Shown in pieces: positions 12,663 through 25,511 of a stretch of 64,000 bases of DNA. Source of the stretch: Octopus sinensis (Eukaryota); the NCBI RefSeq assembly GCF_006345805.1, contig NC_042998.1:105090001-105154000 (forward strand), in the 5' to 3' direction. Position numbers and translations under genes: made by a program. Below the pieces are notes generated by a model. It was not told where the DNA came from and searched no databases. It was given only the letters and a program-made list of their open reading frames with translations. Position 1 is the first letter of the stretch. Every line of letters begins with the position of its first letter.

Positions 12663-13030
12663 ATGATTTTTAACCACAATGTCAGCTCTGTTGTCTTGAA
12701 TCGCATGATCAGTTTGAATATGAAGTTTCAGAGAATGGTGATGTTTTTACTTTCTACTTCTTTGGAAGGCCTATATTACCACTAATTCTCATGTGGGAGA
12801 CCAAACTGACAGCATATGATCCAGTGCAAAGGTGGACAATTGCTTCTCTTGCTGCACCACAAAAGCGGCAGGTATGATCAGCTCCAGTTTTAAAAATGTA
12901 GACTTGGTAACTACTTCTAGGCAGAATCAGATCTTGAGCTGAGTTCATGAAGCCCATTTTTTCTGATATAAGTCAAGATGCAACCAGACACTGACAGATC
13001 ATATTTATATCAACATCAGAATTATTGGCC
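12663..13030 (-). mobile_element. Dong/R4-like LINE fragment (upstream part of the 8690-9065 element)
   Basis: ORF 12754..12957 GFMNSAQDLILPR..Y...I...DHTCRFCGAARE.I.HL matches the CCHC zinc knuckle preceding REL endonucleases. Confidence 0.75.
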
Positions 13031-13169
13031 CTAACTTGCTCCCCTATTACACAACTCTGAGATACCATTTAATTTGGTTTGTGCTTTCATTTGTTTTGCT
13101 TTCCCAGTGCTTTTTTTCAGTTTTGTCTAGTTGTGCTTCTCTTGATGATCTTCAATTCTTTTATATATA

Positions 13170-13215
<46 letters not shown>

Positions 13216-13836
13216 GAGCAAAACACCCCCTGTCCATGGACGGTGCTGAGTTATCAAACATTTAAACCAAATTTTCTCAAAACAACTTGTCCGACTGTCC
13301 CATAGGCCTCCCCTTTGAGAAACACTGATTTAACCTAAATTTGAGACACCAGCAAAAGAAGTAATAAAGATAGACTTTTTTCTATTCCAAAGAAAAACGA
13401 TTTTTTCACACAAATATGCAACCAAAGAGTTTAAAGTACTAGTTTAAAGTACTATGATAAGGTTGTTGACTGGGAGATCACAAACATGGTTTAAACAGTA
13501 AGCTTGGCAGGAAAGAAACGTGCCTTTAAGCAGTAAAAAAACAACAAAAAATGGAAGGTGCAGTTATGTACAGGAAAAATGGAAGGCAGCAGCAATGGCA
13601 GTGGTGGCGGCAGTGTCGCTGATGGTGGCAGTAGCAGAGGAGAAAGAGGAGGAGGAGATCTACAGCTTTTTATTTGTAATAATCTGCAATTTCATGCTAA
13701 TAGAAAGACATCTAACTTAGCTGACATGAAACTGTCACCATATCTTAGCAATCATCAGATTTGTCCACAAGATGATTACCTATAAAATGTGATTGAGAGA
13801 AAATATTATCTGTGAGTGAACACTTGTTTTATCTAG

Positions 13837-13856
13837 AAAAGGTGGTATTTTGAAAT
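13837..13856 (+). CDS. Candidate microexon C (KRWYFE-)
   Basis: cttgttttatctag acceptor, GTAAGT donor; 20 nt, phase 0->2. Confidence 0.4.
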
Positions 13857-13994
13857 GTAAGTTTTGTCTTTGGATTGCCAACAAATTTGTTCATTTTAAA
13901 ACCTAGAATATAATTTTCATTGAATTATAAAAGTATTTGTAGCTATATTATTTTGTGTTGAATTTAAGTGTTGTTGTTGTTTTTTTGTGCATGC

Positions 13995-14025
<31 letters not shown>

Positions 14026-14239
14026 CATGTTCTAATATGTGGTTGGGATATCCCTGACAAGGCAGTTTATTGTATCCTTGAGCTAGTCACTTATGAGGAC
14101 ATATCAAAACATTCCCAGACTAGTTCTGTAGCATGCCAACAGATATCAGCACATGGTTGCATGTGCAATGAGAGTAGCAGTGAGCTTCTGAGACAGTGTG
14201 CTGAGTGACATCATTGTGCTTACTATGCAAGGTGTGAAA

Positions 14240-14745
14240 TTTGTATTTTTGCGATCAAACATATGCTGTAGTCCGTGATTTTGACACGGACAGAAAGTTG
14301 GAACAAAGCGCTAACGTGAAATTTTGTGTTAAACTTGGAAAGTCTGCTACAGGGACATTGAGCATGCTTCAGTATGACCCTGAGCTAAAGCAGCAGTTGT
14401 CACAATGGCAGAGATGTTCATCTCCACAACTGAAGGAGGCACAACAGAGCTGCAGCTCAATTCAGAGCATGCTCATCAGTTCTTTTCAATATCTGCAGCA
14501 TTGTGCATCAAGAATTCCTCCCCCAGAGCCAGGCCATCAATTGAGAGTTCTACTGCAATGGTTTGAAGCATTTGAGTGTGGATATTTGGCAAAAGTGACC
14601 AAATCTCTGGTGCGCAAAGAATTGAATTCTTTACAATGACAATGCACCCTCTCATGGAGCTCTCTTCACTTGTGAGTTTCCTGTCAAAAGCAACGTGGTA
14701 TCGCTGCTGCATCTGCCATATTCCCCAGATTTAGATTGGATAAAT
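14240..14745 (+). mobile_element. Mariner-type transposase remnant
   Basis: EQSANVKFCVKLGKSATGTLSML (mariner N-terminal HTH) followed by degenerate DDE-region sequence ending ccatattccccagattt (PYSPDL motif). Confidence 0.8.
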
Positions 14746-15160
14746 AAGTTATTTTTCATTAAACATAACTAGTTTGGGGAATTTTTTGATATCACCTTTT
14801 AATTTGCCATTATTTTAGTCTATTCAACTGGACTAAGAACCAGCTAGATTCTGGTGGGGTCCTCTTTCTCTTCTGTTATTATATCTCAGATGTCCCGCAA
14901 ATCAAGAGTGGGAGGGCCAAAAAGGATGCCGATGTCCATTTGTGAATACATAGGCCCTAAAACAGTTAGCAAAAGTATGGTACATATTACAAAGACATCC
15001 TTGACTCTGATTGATGGCCAGAATTTTAGTTAATTAGTTTTATCATTTGTATTGTGTATTTGTGCTCAAGAATAAGTGTAACGCATGCAGAGTGAAAGTG
15101 TGTTATAGTCAAGAAGCAAAGTATGTCATAGTCTTTATTTTGGTGAATGGTTCTCAACAG

Positions 15161-15212
15161 ATTCCTTTTGAAAAACTGAAGCAGAGTTAAGTTCATCACC
15201 AAATTAAAGAAT
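15161..15212 (+). pseudogene. Possible decayed paralogue of exon A
   Basis: cag|attccttttgaaaaa versus exon A cag|attcctttcgaaaaa; flank matches (gtgtaacgcatg/gtgtaagcatg, atgtcatagtct/atatcataattct, ttcatcacca/ttcaacacca); stops in all three frames. Confidence 0.3.
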
Positions 15213-15550
15213 GTGTGTGTGTGTGCATGTGTATTGATATATTGGCTTGTAGGTAATTAAGTACAAAATTGTGCCTTCAAAACATATTGATTTTTAACAA
15301 AAACAAAACTCAAGGTTTCACATGTAGAAGAAATGTTATAGTCAATTATAAAGACCCTCAATACTTCATTTGTATTAATTTTATCACCCATTAAAGATGT
15401 AAGGCAAAATTGATCCTGGCACAATTCAAAATCAATATATATATATTAAAACTGGATGTAAGCTGAAAACATCTTGTGTACTAACATTTAAGTAGTAAGT
15501 GAAATAAACTGAAAAGCAGAAACTCTAATAGCTTTTACATATTTTGACAG

Positions 15551-15562
15551 GTCTTCTAATGG
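15551..15562 (+). CDS. Candidate symmetric 12-nt microexon D (M-SSN-G)
   Basis: ttttacatattttgacag acceptor, GTATAG donor; phase 2->2, so the frame does not require it. Confidence 0.25.
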
Positions 15563-15957
15563 GTATAGTGTTTTGCTTAGACCTTTTATTATATGTGTTT
15601 CTGCACTTACTCTTAATGACTTTAAAAACACACAGAAGTCTATAATCTAGTTATGCAATCAACCTGATCCCTATTTTCTTAATATTTCTTTCTAGACATT
15701 CTATTTCCTCTAAATTAGTGGTTTTCAATTTTTGTTTTTCCCCCACTTAAGAGCAAATCAAAATATTTCAGTGTACTTTAATGTAAAAGTTAAAAAGTAC
15801 ATTTACAAAAAGTAGCATGTATGTATGTATACACACACACACATGTATATATATATTGAGGTTATGAATATAAATAATTTAAATGGGAGAAAATGATTAG
15901 GTTTTTACATCTTTATTCAATAAATAAAGTATAGTTATTAAGACTTTATATTTAGTA

Positions 15958-18605
15958 CTAGCAGTATAGCTTGGTGTTGTCCGGGATTAAGTTAGAATTA
16001 TTAAGTGATCAAGCATTTTATTTCAAACAAAAATAAGTGACAACTACATCAAATTTGAAGAAATCCGTTGAAATTGGTAAACATTCGGCAGAAAATGGGT
16101 TGCAGGCAATTTGATTGGGAAATCCCATAAGGAATCAGTTAATCGATTATTTCCACATATCGAATGCTTTTTTTTTTTTTAAGAACTTAAAGCATTTAAA
16201 GATCCCATGAGTTCTAAGTAGTGCTGGCATCAAGTTTGAGCAAAATATGTCAAAATTGGTAATAAAAGTTATGGTTGAAAATGGGGTGTAGCTAATTTTA
16301 GTGGGAAATCTTATAAGGAATTGGTTTATCAATTTTTTAACCTGATTGAATGGAAAGCCCCAAATGGATGCCTGCCACCGATAGTGTTTGGCCTTGGGAT
16401 TTGCTGATGGAGATGGCGAAGCATGGTCTCACTGGGAACTGCAAACTGTGGAAGTTAAATAGTATGTCTGAATTCAAGGGATAAAGCTGCATTCTTGAAA
16501 TGAAAACATTTTCACCCCTCCCACACCCTGTAACAATGGTGGCCTCAATCAAGTGGGGCGTCAGGGACTTGATGACTAAGCGGGTCCCGTTGCACTTTTT
16601 TGGTGGAAGCAAGTTTCTGATTAGCATAATTGGGCATCCAACCTTAGCCTAAGAATGTGAGGTGGAAGCCCTGCTGGCTCTAATGTGTTGAGAAACTCGA
16701 TAGGATAATTGACAATGTCTTGAATGTCAGAGGTCCAGTCCATCGATTTGTAGATGTGCTCCTCACTTGGATTTCGGCTTATAAACTGGTCGTTGATAAC
16801 ACTGACTGCTACGTTTTTGGTGGCCAGGATAGTTCTTTCACTGAACCAATTGATGTCTGCATAATTACTTTCCAGATTGGGGAACACTGTTTCTAAAAGA
16901 TCGGAAGGGTTGCCCACAGTTTTGAACAGTTCAGACATGGATATGTCGCCCCTACCATTCCGAGGGAACTTGCTTTCTCCAAGAACTAAAATGTCTTCAG
17001 CAAATGCTGCAGACATGCTATTACCAAGCAAGTGCGCATGTACGTTTGTGCTTAGGCTTAAGGTCTTAACCTGGAGCCACAATGTGGATGACTTACGGCA
17101 TGTGCACACTTCATCAGCCCAGCTCCCTTTAGGGAGGACAGGAAGGGTATGCCAGAAACCTCCTGGAAGCAATAGAGTTACACCACCTATAGAAGCTGTA
17201 GAATCCCTAATATCTTTCAGTGACCGGTCCAGTGCCTCAAGGGCACCCTTACTGGTCATTGTGCATTCGTCCCATACAATGAGACAGCATTGTCTAAGAA
17301 CTTCAGTTTCTTCTGAAATTTTGCCAATGTTGCAAGTAGGAACCTCAGCCCTCACCGAATGTAAAGACAGCTTGAATGCCGAGTGCACTGTCCTAACGTA
17401 GCTGCGATTCCCAAGAAAGCAATGGCTAGCACAATTTGTTTCTCGCAACGAATATTAGCAAGTATTAATTGTGTTACAAAGGATTTGCCAGTACCTCTAG
17501 CAGCATCGAGGAAAAATATACCGCCCGCATGTTTTTCAGTGGCACTGACGACAGTTTCGTATACCAGCCTCTGATCAGGGAGCAATTTCGGTTAATTTAC
17601 TCTCAGGTACTCTGCAAGTCACTCAGCATCATACGACAACTCCAGAAGTAACTTTGGTGGGAGTATGTTAACGTACTGTCACAATGAGTATGGCAAACTA
17701 AATGTGTTCAACACTGCCCCATCCAGTTTGAGCAGGGCATCCTCGATTTCAATCAACGCATTATTGTAGATCAGGTCATTGTATACAATGTCAGCATTAG
17801 GGCACTGTTTCTTTGCCAGTCATCATTTGCCTTGACCTCCGAGAAAGCAAAATTGCATACAGAGAATTTCATAAACAGAAATGAATAGAAAAAAGGTTTT
17901 AGATTAAATTTTTAAATTATTACATTTACAAAATTTTCACTAAGAAAATTTTATAAAGAGAAATGAATGGGGAAAAGGCTGGTAAATTTCTAGATTAACA
18001 CTTGCACGATTTTCACTAAGAAAAAAAAATCGGATTTTTTGCATGGAATCAACTACCCTGGCCTCCTAATATGCTACAAAACCCTTTTTGTGGTCCAAAA
18101 AATGGAGTGGGATGTGGTGGAAGCCTCGGAAATTTCACTCCTACTCCCATTGACCTTTTCGCCATCTATTTTTCAATGTACGTGGGAAAATATGGAGATT
18201 AAGAATATGGAAAACATTTTTTTAATCTCAAATTTACCATGAAAAACTCCAGGCAAATTTTAATACAGCACTTGCATGATTTTCTCTAAGAAAACAAATT
18301 GGATTATTTGCATGGAATTAACTACCATGGCCTCCTAATACCATGGCCTCCTATGCTACAAAACTCTTTTTGTGGTCTAAGAAACAGAGTGTTAGCAAAC
18401 TTCAAAATTGGTAAAAGTTAAGGTTGAAAATCAATTTCTACCACTACCTGCAGGTGCCGCGGGAAAAATAAGCTGATGAAAATACAGCTAGGATTGTGAC
18501 GAATGTCCTCCTAAAATTGGAGCGACATGGTGCAAATTTGTGGATGTGCATAAATTACATTCACGTACACACACACACATACATCCTGCTTTTTATATAT
18601 ACAGA
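15958..18605 (-). mobile_element. Helitron with both termini, internally deleted
   Basis: Minus strand begins TC (18605-18604; TCTGTATATATAAAAAG) after a host A and ends CTAG (15961-15958) before a host T. A degenerate GC-rich subterminal hairpin (cccggacaacaccaag) is present. No TSD, as expected for Helitrons. Confidence 0.85.
16337..17830 (-). pseudogene. Helitron RepHel PIF1-family helicase domain, frameshifted
   Basis: FFLDAARGTGKSF (Walker A), LIVWDECTM (Walker B), ALEALDRSLKDIR, CNGTRL, QFPVRPCFAISISKSQGQTL, split over ORFs 17352..17585, 16621..17448 and 16337..16627. Confidence 0.9.
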
Positions 18606-19339
18606 TTCCAGCTTGTATTTTTCACATTCTTTAGAAAATATAATATTAATATTTTCATAGTATGCTTACATATTGTCTGTCTCTTCCATCAACATCATCA
18701 TTATTGTAATCGTCGTCATCATCATCATCATATCCCACCCCCACTACCAACATCACCATTAACAACAACAACAACAATTATCATTTTAATGTCATTTGTC
18801 ATGCTGGCACATTTTGAATGTTCCTAATCTACCTTACTCTTTTCAAATATATATTTCAATAGTTACACATTTCAAATACACGTCACCTTTTCTGGGAGGG
18901 CCAATGTCTGCAAACTGATTTTTGCTACTTCTCACATCCTCCTTGAGCTTCTGGTCCATCACTGTCAGCCTGTGCTGACTTTGTCTACCACAGCTGTCTA
19001 ACTGTCAACTAATTGCATTATCTAATGCTTCAGCTTAAACAGATGATTATTCCAGAAGTCAAATGTCGATATTGTTGTTATTTAGCTCAATCTCAGTCCA
19101 GATGAAGTAGACCTATAGCTGAATCATTCTTGACTATACAGAAAAATGTTTGTCTCTTTTATCAAGAATGGTATATCCAAGACTAAATTAAACAATGTGT
19201 CTTTTCTTTTTCTTGAGGCAGGAAGATATAATTGAAAGAAATTAGATTACTAAATGTAGTGGGCAGAGCAACATCTAAAACTAATAACATTGCTACTACT
19301 AATAATAATAATCATCACCACCATCGTCATCATCATCAT

Positions 19340-20265
19340 TATCATCATCATCATCATCATCATTTAATGTCTGCTTTCTATGCTAGCATGGGTTGGATGG
19401 TTTGACTGAGGGCTGGCAAACCAGAAGGCTCCAATCTGATCTGGCAAGGTTTCTACAGCCAAATGCCCTTCCTAATGCCAACTACTCCAAGAGTGTAGTG
19501 GGTGCTTTTTATGTGCCACAAGCATGAGAACCAGTCAGATAGTACTGGCATTGATCATGCTTGAATGGTGCTTTTTACGTGCCACTAGCAAGGGAGCCAG
19601 TCAGGTGCCGCTGGCAACAACCATGCTCGAATGGTGCTTTTTACTTGCCACTGGCACAGGAGCCAGTCAGGTGGTACTGGCATCGATTATTTTCATATGG
19701 TGCAATTTATGTGCCACCGGCACATGAGCCAGTCCAGAGGGATTGGCATCGACCACGCTCGAATGGGGCTTTTTACGTGCCACTGATATGGGTGCCAGTC
19801 ATTCAGTATTGGCATCAGCCATGACAATGATTTCACTTGATGCAACAGGTCTTCTCAAGCGTAATTTATTCAACAATGATTTCACTTGACACAACAGGTC
19901 TTCTCAAGCATAGTTTATTGTCCAATGGGCTGGTTATGCAACACTGGCATAAGTCACAGTTACAGTCTCACTTTGCTTGCTGGGTCATCGCAAGCACAGC
20001 ATATCTCCAAAGGCCTTGGTCACTTGTCATTACCTCTGTGAGGCCCAACTTTCAAAGGTTGTGATTCATTACATCATCCCAGGTCTTCCTGGGTCTACCT
20101 CTTCCACAGGTTCTCTCTACTCTTAGGGTGTGACATTTTTTCACACAGCTGTCCTCATCTATACGCAACACATGATCATACCAGTGCAGTCATTTCTCTT
20201 GCACACCACATCCGATGCTTCTTATGTCCAACTTTTCTCTCAGGACACTTATACTCTTACACTCT
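19340..20265 (-). mobile_element. 5'-truncated RTE LINE with diverged tandem array (~19500-19820)
   Basis: catcat tail, conserved terminus, about five ~60-bp units, then RT C-terminal sequence. Confidence 0.8.
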
Positions 20266-20489
20266 CACACTAATAAATATTTCTAATTAAGGCACAAGAC
20301 CAGCAATTTTGAGGGAAATAATTACTTGATTAAATCAACATCCAGTGCTTAACAAATAATTTTACCGAGCCAGGAAGAAAGGAAGTCAAGGTTTACTTTG
20401 ATGGGATTTGAATGTAGAATTTGCCAGAACAAATACTGCAAGGTATGTTGTCATGACAATCAAACAATTCAACATATTCAATCTTAATG

Positions 20490-20875
20490 ATGGATTCAAA
20501 TTTTGGCACAAGGCCAGCAATTTGGGAAAAGAACTAATTCAATTACATTGATACTAGTGCTCAACTAGTACTTATTTCATTAGTGGAATTTGAACTCAGA
20601 CAGTAAAGACAGATGGAATGGCACTCATTATTTTGTCCAGTATGCTAATGATTCTGCTAGCTCAGCAAAAAGGTAGCAAGCTGGCAGAATTGTTAGCTCA
20701 CCGGCCAAAATCCTTAGTGGCATTTCATCCATCTTTATGTTCAGAGTTCAAATTCCAGTGAGTTCAACTTTGCCTTTCATCCTTTCAAATTTGATATAAT
20801 AAGTACCACTTGTGCACTGGGTCAATGTAATTGACTTGCTCCTCGCCCAGACTAGTGCCAAATTTTGAAACCAAT
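20490..20875. mobile_element. Head-to-head pair of Nin/Deu SINEs
   Basis: ~20490-20660 is minus and ~20665-20875 is plus; a further minus copy lies at ~20280-20460. Confidence 0.7.
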
Positions 20876-21481
20876 AAGAATAATTATTACTTCTGACTTG
20901 AGTACAAGGCTACAAATTCAGGGCAGAGAACAACTGGTAATATCACATCTTGTATTCGACTGAACTCGTTTTTATCAATGCCTGTAGAGTTTTAAACTCA
21001 CAACTTAAATGGATGTAACTTAATAGTGCAAAGTGTTTTTGTCTGGTGCACTACTAAAACTGACCAACCATTGCTTATTGAGCTCTGGCACTTCATATTT
21101 AACTAAGACATCTGATTCATCTGGGGGTTTTTTCTTCTTTTTTTTTTTGAGCTTCTAGAAATGTGTTTTTTTTAAAAACTGATTTATCAAAGATGAAACT
21201 AATCACTGAAAATGTGAATATGGCATATTGCTTGTATCTGTGGTTCTAAGAAAAAAACTTTTCATAAGTAAGAGTGAGACAGTTTGCTTAGATTTGTCCT
21301 CAGCTGCTTTAGCATAATCTAGTATGTACTCTTGATCTGTCTGAGGAATTCAAGAGCTTTTCCTATTTGCCTATGGCTATAATTATTTTCAATGTGTGTC
21401 AGTGCACATCTAAAATGCCATTTTAATGAATCCCCCATTATTAATATCGTTATTACTATTTTTATTGGTGTTTTTTAACAG

Positions 21482-21506
21482 AACTTCACTGGAGGAATGT
21501 AATCAG
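21482..21506 (+). CDS. Candidate microexon E (TSLEECNQ)
   Basis: Strong acceptor tttttattggtgttttttaacag and cag|GTATCA donor; 25 nt, phase 2->0, compatible with C/D and F. Confidence 0.45.
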
Positions 21507-21589
21507 GTATCAGCTGTCTACAAATGAACTAAAGTAATATTTTTCATTCAAGTTTCAACCCTACAAAAGTTCAGATTTATATCATTCCA

Positions 21590-21790
21590 AATAGCATTGT
21601 TTCCTATAGACACTTTATCTCCTCTTTTTACAATCCAGTTTGTGAGCTTGGTATTCATGATATCCAGGGCTCCAACAACATGTATAACACTCTCCTTCCA
21701 ATGATCACAGTATTTTATTTTCCACTTCAAGTCATCATATCCCACCTGCTTCTTTTCTCCTTTTTCCAATACTTTGTCATCACCAGAGCA
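21590..21790 (-). mobile_element. Dong/R4-like REL endonuclease fragment
   Basis: ITCSGDDKVLEKGEKK..YDDLKWKIK...VIHVVGALDIM. Confidence 0.65.
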
Positions 21791-21819
21791 TGTAATATAG
21801 ATTACTATCATATGATAAG

Positions 21820-22570
21820 GAGGCAAGCTGGCAGAATTGTTAGCATGCGGTACAAAATACATGTCTGTCATTACATTCTGAGTTCAAATTCAACCAGTCA
21901 ACATTGCCTTTAATCTTTTCAGGGTTGATAAAATACACACCAGATGAGAACTGGAGGGTGGGCTGGGTCAATGTAATGGACCCCCTTCCTCCCTCTAAAT
22001 TGTTAGCCTTATCCCAAAATTTGAGAAAAAGTGACAAGCTGGCAGAATCGTTAGCATGCCAGGCAAAATACATAGCAGCATTTCATCCATCTTACATTCT
22101 GAGTTCAAATTCAGCTGAGGTCGATTTTGTTTTTCATCCTTTGGAGTTTGATGAAGTGAGTACCAGTTGAGCACTGGGATCCAGGTAATTGTCTAATCCT
22201 CTCACTCTAAATTTCAGGCCTTGTGCCTTTAGTAGTAAGGATAATTAATATTATAGATTATCATTATCATCATTGTTATCATCATCATCATTATTATTGT
22301 TGTTGTTGATACACTACTGCATGGTGATTTAGTTAGCAGGTGTTTAATCTTAAGGTGGCGAGCTGGCAGAAACGTTAGTGCGCTGGACGAAATGCTTAGT
22401 GGTATTTCGCCTGCCGCTATGTTTGACTTTGCCTTTCATCCTTTCAGGGTCGATTAAATAAGTACCAGTTATGCACTGGGGTCGATATAATCGACTTAAT
22501 CCATTTGTCTGTCCTTGTTTGTTCTCTCTGTGTTTAGTCCCTTGTGGGTAGTAAAGAAATAGGTATTCTA
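21820..22570 (+). mobile_element. Three Nin/Deu SINE copies
   Basis: Heads ggcaagctggcagaa at ~21823, ~22033 and ~22358. Confidence 0.8.
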
Positions 22571-22589
22571 TCTTAAGGTTTGGCGATAA

Positions 22590-22880
22590 CAAGTCTCCTC
22601 AAATCTCAAGAGTCTTCCTTGGGATTCTGGCAAAATATCGGATAGTACTTTTCTGCAGATTAACAATGTTAATTTCAATTCTAATCTCTCTCAGTCTTTA
22701 AGGTAGCATTTTGGGTGTTGTGCTAAGTGTACCAATCACTACAGGAATAACTGTGGCTTTGGTCTTCCACAGTCTCCTTTGCTCTTTGTTTAGATCCTGA
22801 TACTTCTCATTTTATTTATCAGTTTCTTTGGTATAAGCTCTACTATCATCGGGAATTGCAAAATCTAGGTAAGCTGTTCT
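22590..22880 (-). mobile_element. Dong/R4-like REL endonuclease and 3' end
   Basis: DFAIPDDSRAYTKETDK..EKYQDL..EQRRLWKTKATVIPVVIGTLSTTPK. Confidence 0.8.
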
Positions 22881-22899
22881 TATAATATCTGCAGTATCA

Positions 22900-24180
22900 A
22901 TAAGTACACTTAAAGGAATAAACTGGTTCCAGACCAAATGCTAACAAATACATGCAAGCAAGGTTACTCTATCTGCTAGAAATAATAGATCTACTTCAAA
23001 TCACACTCTTAAAAGAAGAAAGGACAAACATATTCCTCAATGAATTATATCTGAAAGACAATATGAGATAGTCATGAGTTAAATCACTCTGAAATTAAGT
23101 CTGCTTGATAAGGGAGGAACCAAAAGCTAATCAAGAGCACAGGGGGAAAAAACTACCATTTATTTTTCTCTTCAAATTCATGTAAGCCACTTATAGAAAT
23201 ATTTAAGCAAATATCCTTCACCCTAACTACTGAAGTTCTTCATAATTGTGACCATCTCAAAAGTAAGGGCCCTGAATATCAGCTATTTTTGTCTTGGCAA
23301 TGGTTACTTCATCTTCAGTGTATAACCTGAGATATTTTAGAGAGGATGCTAGCCATGATATTTACTAAGCATCACAGTTAGAAAGACAAATGAGATAACT
23401 TTCATAAAAGACCATTGTATGTCAAACAGCAGGTTGCCTAATGCACATTTCAACAAAAAAGCCTTCCATATTCAGTGAGTTTTGTGGTACTTAATGATAC
23501 TATAATTTTTTAAAATTTTTTCTACATATAGTACTTGGGGGTTTGACTTGGCCGTCTATAATATTTCTAGCACTGGCACTTTAAAAAAAACTAACTTGTA
23601 ATTTGCAAAGAAATACTAAATGAAACTTCCTATATACTGAAAGACTCTTTTTGTAAAAGTTTGAATAGCTAATACTTTATCTCTGACATCTGCTCCTTAA
23701 TACCTGTAAGGAATTTTCTTTGCAATACATTTTTTGCAAGATGCTAATATTACTTGTACCAAAAATTCTATAACTTTTTTTTTTCCTTTGGGAAAAGAGT
23801 TTCAGTTCTTCTCTACACAATTTCCATTCCTTTTTATTCTTTGAAATCTAACCTCTATCACAAATTCCCCCTTGGCTTTCCTAAACATTAGGAATCTTAA
23901 GTGGTGTGAGTCATTCCAATTGTGAACAGATTTCCCCAGAGGTTCTTTAACAATGTTTTTTCTATTCTTCCTTACATTTTACACTGTTTCATTTACACCA
24001 TTCTTCAAGCTTAAATCTCATTCCACCAGATACAGTATCAAGTGCAATGCAATAGTAGTTGGTTTCCGAACAGGAAGAGGAATGTCCATCAGCTGCTTAT
24101 TCTGATATGATTTCTACTACTACAGTTGCATTTCATTTCATTGAAATCTGAGATAACAGAAGAAATAGGTTTTTAATTTC
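22900..24180 (-). mobile_element. Highly degenerate LINE RT remnant (possibly L1/Tx1-like)
   Basis: Coding-like texture with many stops; DIQGPYF*DGHNY weakly resembles D.EKAFD.V.H.Y. Confidence 0.3.
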
Positions 24181-24422
24181 TTTATCTTCTGTTTTTATTT
24201 GGTTTCTTTTTCATACAGCACCAGGCATGGTTGTGAGGTTAACAAGTTTGCTTCATACCCGCATGGCTACAGGTTCAGTTCTACTGTGTGGCACCTTGGA
24301 CAGATGTCTTCTACAATAGCCCTGGGCTGAGAAATGCTTTGTGAGTCGATTTAGTAGACAGAAACTGGAAGACATTTAACATAAATATGTATGTATGTAT
24401 TTTATTTACTTTATTTATATTA

Positions 24423-24560
24423 TTTACATCTGATGGATATTTGTCCTCACCTTTGTAGATAACACAACGTTTCAGCTGATATACCTCTAGCCTTTAAATA
24501 TCCGTCAGATGTAGATAATGTAAATAATGTACATAATTCCTCATCTCTTAAATATAGAAC
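24423..24560. mobile_element. Penelope-derived foldback with partial hammerhead remnant
   Basis: Inverted arms tacatctgatggatattt / aaatatccgtcagatgta. The minus strand has GGCTAGAGGTATATCAGCT-GAAACGTTG, but the CUGANGA box is lost. Confidence 0.45.
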
Positions 24561-25477
24561 TGTATGTATGTATGTATGTATGTATGTATTTATGTATGTA
24601 TGTTTGTATTTATGTATGTAAATATGTATGTATGTATGTATGTGTATGTATGTATGTATGTATGTATGTATGTATGAGTGTATGAGTGTATGATTGTCAT
24701 TATTCAGTTTATTTTAAGAGTTCTTGCCAATTGAGAAAGAACTGGTTTCTAACCTAGATTCAAGGCTCCTTCATTGGAAAATCAACATCAACAACAGGGT
24801 ATGTATGTATGTATGTATGTATGTATGTATGTATGTATGTATGTATGCATGTATGTATATACGTATACATGCTGATTTGTATATTTGGTTTTATATATGT
24901 CTTCTCATGTACGTGTGTGTGAGTGCATGTGTGTGTGTGTGAGCTTGTGTCTCTTTGGTTTTTGATGTTTGCAAGTATTACCTTCATACAAGTGGTATTG
25001 TTTATTTCCAGCCTTCTGTGGAGCCATAGAAAATCTGCCACATTGAATGCTATTTGACCCATGCAATCATGGGAAAATGGACATGAAAATGATGATCTTA
25101 AAAATTATGATGATGTTAATGTACATGGAATGTGTTTGTTTATCTTAATTTTGCTGGTTCTAGGGTTGCTAGAGACCACAATATTTAACTTTTTGTTTGG
25201 ATTTCTGTTGCTCTTTCTGACTCAGTTATTTTCTTTTCATCAGCTGGGACATTTCATCTATTGTATGTATGTATATACAGACATACATAAATACATACAT
25301 ACGTACATGCATACGTACATACATGTAAGCATGTGTATGTATGTATGTATGTATGCCTCTTCTATATTTTAATTATTATAAATCTTCTACTGAGGAGGGA
25401 GCCAGTTTCCAACAAAGATACAAGGTTCCATCTTTGGGATGTAGTTAACACAGGCAAATTCACTTTTGGTATGTATG

Positions 25478-25511
<34 letters not shown>

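Noticed and set aside
13558-13785. Gly/Ser-rich ORF and a minus-strand acceptor at ~13781
   Set aside because: Low-complexity GGC/GCA repeats; the minus-strand exon meets stops or has only a poor donor.
14890-14964. Open exon-like segment (MSRKSRVGGPKRMPMSICEYIGPKTVSK)
   Set aside because: Good acceptor, but phase 0->1 does not fit between C and D/E, and the composition suggests a repeat fragment; unresolved.
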